A program made the translations under genes and the position numbers. Under the pieces are notes generated by a model. It did no database searches. It was not told the DNA's origin and worked only from the letters and a program-made list of their open reading frames with translations. Positions 41,349 to 42,520 of a stretch of 42,520 bases of DNA are shown piece by piece. Within the stretch, counting starts at the first letter, position 1. Each line of letters opens with the position of its first letter. Source of the stretch: an uncultured Planctomycetales bacterium (GTDB lineage Bacteria; Planctomycetota; Phycisphaerae; UBA1845; PWPN01); assembly GCA_964617025.1 (NCBI GenBank), contig CAZTVU010000015.1, positions 1-42,520 of the forward strand. Direction: 5' to 3'.

Positions 41349-42520
41349 CTACGGACCTCCGAGCCTTCTGTAGTATTCTAGCACCTTCCTCGGGAAGGTT
41401 CTACCGCCCAGGAGACCGGCGAAGACCTCCGCGACGAACTCGAGGTTGTCGCGTGCTGCCCGACCGCTGACATACGTCCGTGCCATTTCCTTTATCTCGC
41501 CGGGCATCCGCATCGCAGCGAGGGCATCGAATGCCTCTCGGCTTCCAAGGAGTCGGCGATGGCATACGTGACCTGCCTCATGCCGAATCGGATGCCGTAC
41601 GTCAGCACTGGACCACACCTTCAGCAACGCAATCTCCCTGACAGCCTTTTCCCGTCGCGATGGGATCAGGCTCCAGTAGTCTGCATCGGGATTGATGTGG
41701 ATGTCCGACCCGATCGCTCGCGCCGGTGTCGACCTCGCGCGGACGCCGAGGTCCTTGAATGCCTCGCGTGATACGATGATCCTCGCCGGAACCGAGTGCC
41801 CGGCCCACTCCAGCTCGGCGATCACGTCGTTCGCCGCCCTGGCGATGTCGACGCGACCGGCATACGACGCCGTGACGCCCTTCTTTGCCGCCCACTCCTC
41901 CTCAGCGCGCGTATCCCCCGGGAACCGATTCGCCTTCGGCGCCGCGTCGTCTCCCTTGCCGGATCGAGCCCTGCGGCGCGCTCCGGATCGACCCCCTCCG
42001 CCGTCCTGGACCAGGCGTTCCGTATCCGCATCCGCCGCCGACCGCGCGGCATCCTTCGTCAGCCCCGGCGTCTCTTTGACCACGCGGTCGAGCGTCTTGA
42101 GCCCGCTGGTCGGCGTCACGACCTGCCCGACGTCCACCAGCTTCGTCCGCAGCATCGCGGCGATCGTCTTGCCGAAGAGCCGGTCCATCTCGTACCGCGT
42201 CATCCGCTTCAGCCGCGCGCGGAGCACGTCGTTCGGCCGGTCCGGCTCGTCGAACGCCGCCTCCTCCGTCCAGAACGCGTAGTCGTGGAACGACAGGTCC
42301 ACCTCCGGCGTGCGGGTGCAGTTGCAGCCGACGTGCAGCGGGGGGATCGGGCCCCGCCCCTCGGGCCAGACCGTGTTGTGGTACATCAGGCACTCGGCGC
42401 AGACCAGGCCGCTGACCTCCGGGTGCGTCAGGTACCGCTCCCGCCCGATCTGCGAGAAGAACATATCGCCGTCCTTCGCCTTCCAGCGGAATCGATGGGC
42501 ATGGCGGAACACCTTCGAGC
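41349..42520 (-). CDS. phage head-morphogenesis (MuF / SPP1 gp7)-like protein fused to a C-terminal HExxH domain, N-terminus off the right edge
   Basis: The frame is open to the window edge; the listed GTG 42512 is probably internal. LVCAECLMYHNTVWPEGRGPIPPLHVGCNCTRT resembles the C..C...PP.H..C.C end of MuF/gp7 domains, from my recollection of the family. A Gly/Arg linker follows. The ~200-aa C-terminal domain contains IRHEAGHVCH (HExxH) and a downstream EFVAEVF. GC drops to about 57-62% over 41341-41700, versus about 72% at 42001-42060, by hand count. Confidence 0.7.
   Translation of the reverse strand, partial: SKVFRHAHRFRWKAKDGDMFFSQIGRERYLTHPEVSGLVCAECLMYHNTVWPEGRGPIPPLHVGCNCTRTPEVDLSFHDYAFWTEEAAFDEPDRPNDVLRARLKRMTRYEMDRLFGKTIAAMLRTKLVDVGQVVTPTSGLKTLDRVVKETPGLTKDAARSAADADTERLVQDGGGGRSGARRRARSGKGDDAAPKANRFPGDTRAEEEWAAKKGVTASYAGRVDIARAANDVIAELEWAGHSVPARIIVSREAFKDLGVRARSTPARAIGSDIHINPDADYWSLIPSRREKAVREIALLKVWSSADVRHPIRHEAGHVCHRRLLGSREAFDALAAMRMPGEIKEMARTYVSGRAARDNLEFVAEVFAGLLGGRTFPRKVLEYYRRLGGP

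Overview
High-GC (about 68-72% in hand-counted 60-nt blocks) bacterial chromosomal window, densely coding. I support 33 protein genes. I found no rRNA, tRNA or CRISPR array. The gene content includes twin-arginine Gfo/Idh/MocA oxidoreductases sitting next to glycoside-hydrolase-like genes, a GH78 rhamnosidase, a GH42-like enzyme, a DUF5009-type acyltransferase and a 954-aa FtsX permease. This looks like a PVC/Planctomycetota-type glycan degrader, but taxonomy cannot be verified from here. Housekeeping genes are rseP (partial, open at the left edge and absent from the ORF track), dxr, a NUDIX-rhomboid pair, uvrC, ndk, a trmJ-like gene and fba. Most very long ORFs in the track are antisense shadows typical of GC-rich DNA. 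Several true genes start well inside their listed ORFs, and I re-derived those starts by hand. The most unusual observations are: (1) a 113-bp imperfect palindrome made of four tandem 8-nt units per arm plus a GC clamp, lying exactly between the divergent cupin and URO-D-like promoters; (2) a visibly lower-GC module at the right edge, consisting of a MuF/SPP1-gp7-like protein with a C-terminal HExxH domain, a small Cys/His protein and a G-rich heptad tract, which may be a phage-derived polymorphic-toxin cassette or a prophage edge; (3) a 735-bp stretch (12104-12838) with no supportable gene; (4) -10-like hexamers (often TACAAT) only 6-10 nt upstream of several start codons that lack a Shine-Dalgarno, suggesting leaderless mRNAs; (5) an uncharacterised 726-aa secreted GH-like protein paired with a TAT oxidoreductase, mirroring the GH42-like pair; (6) a secreted TPR protein with a duplicated Cys-rich tail, coupled to a NapH-like polyferredoxin. 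I do not recognise a complete known defence system. Nothing here can be called a novel system without the database and expression checks listed.
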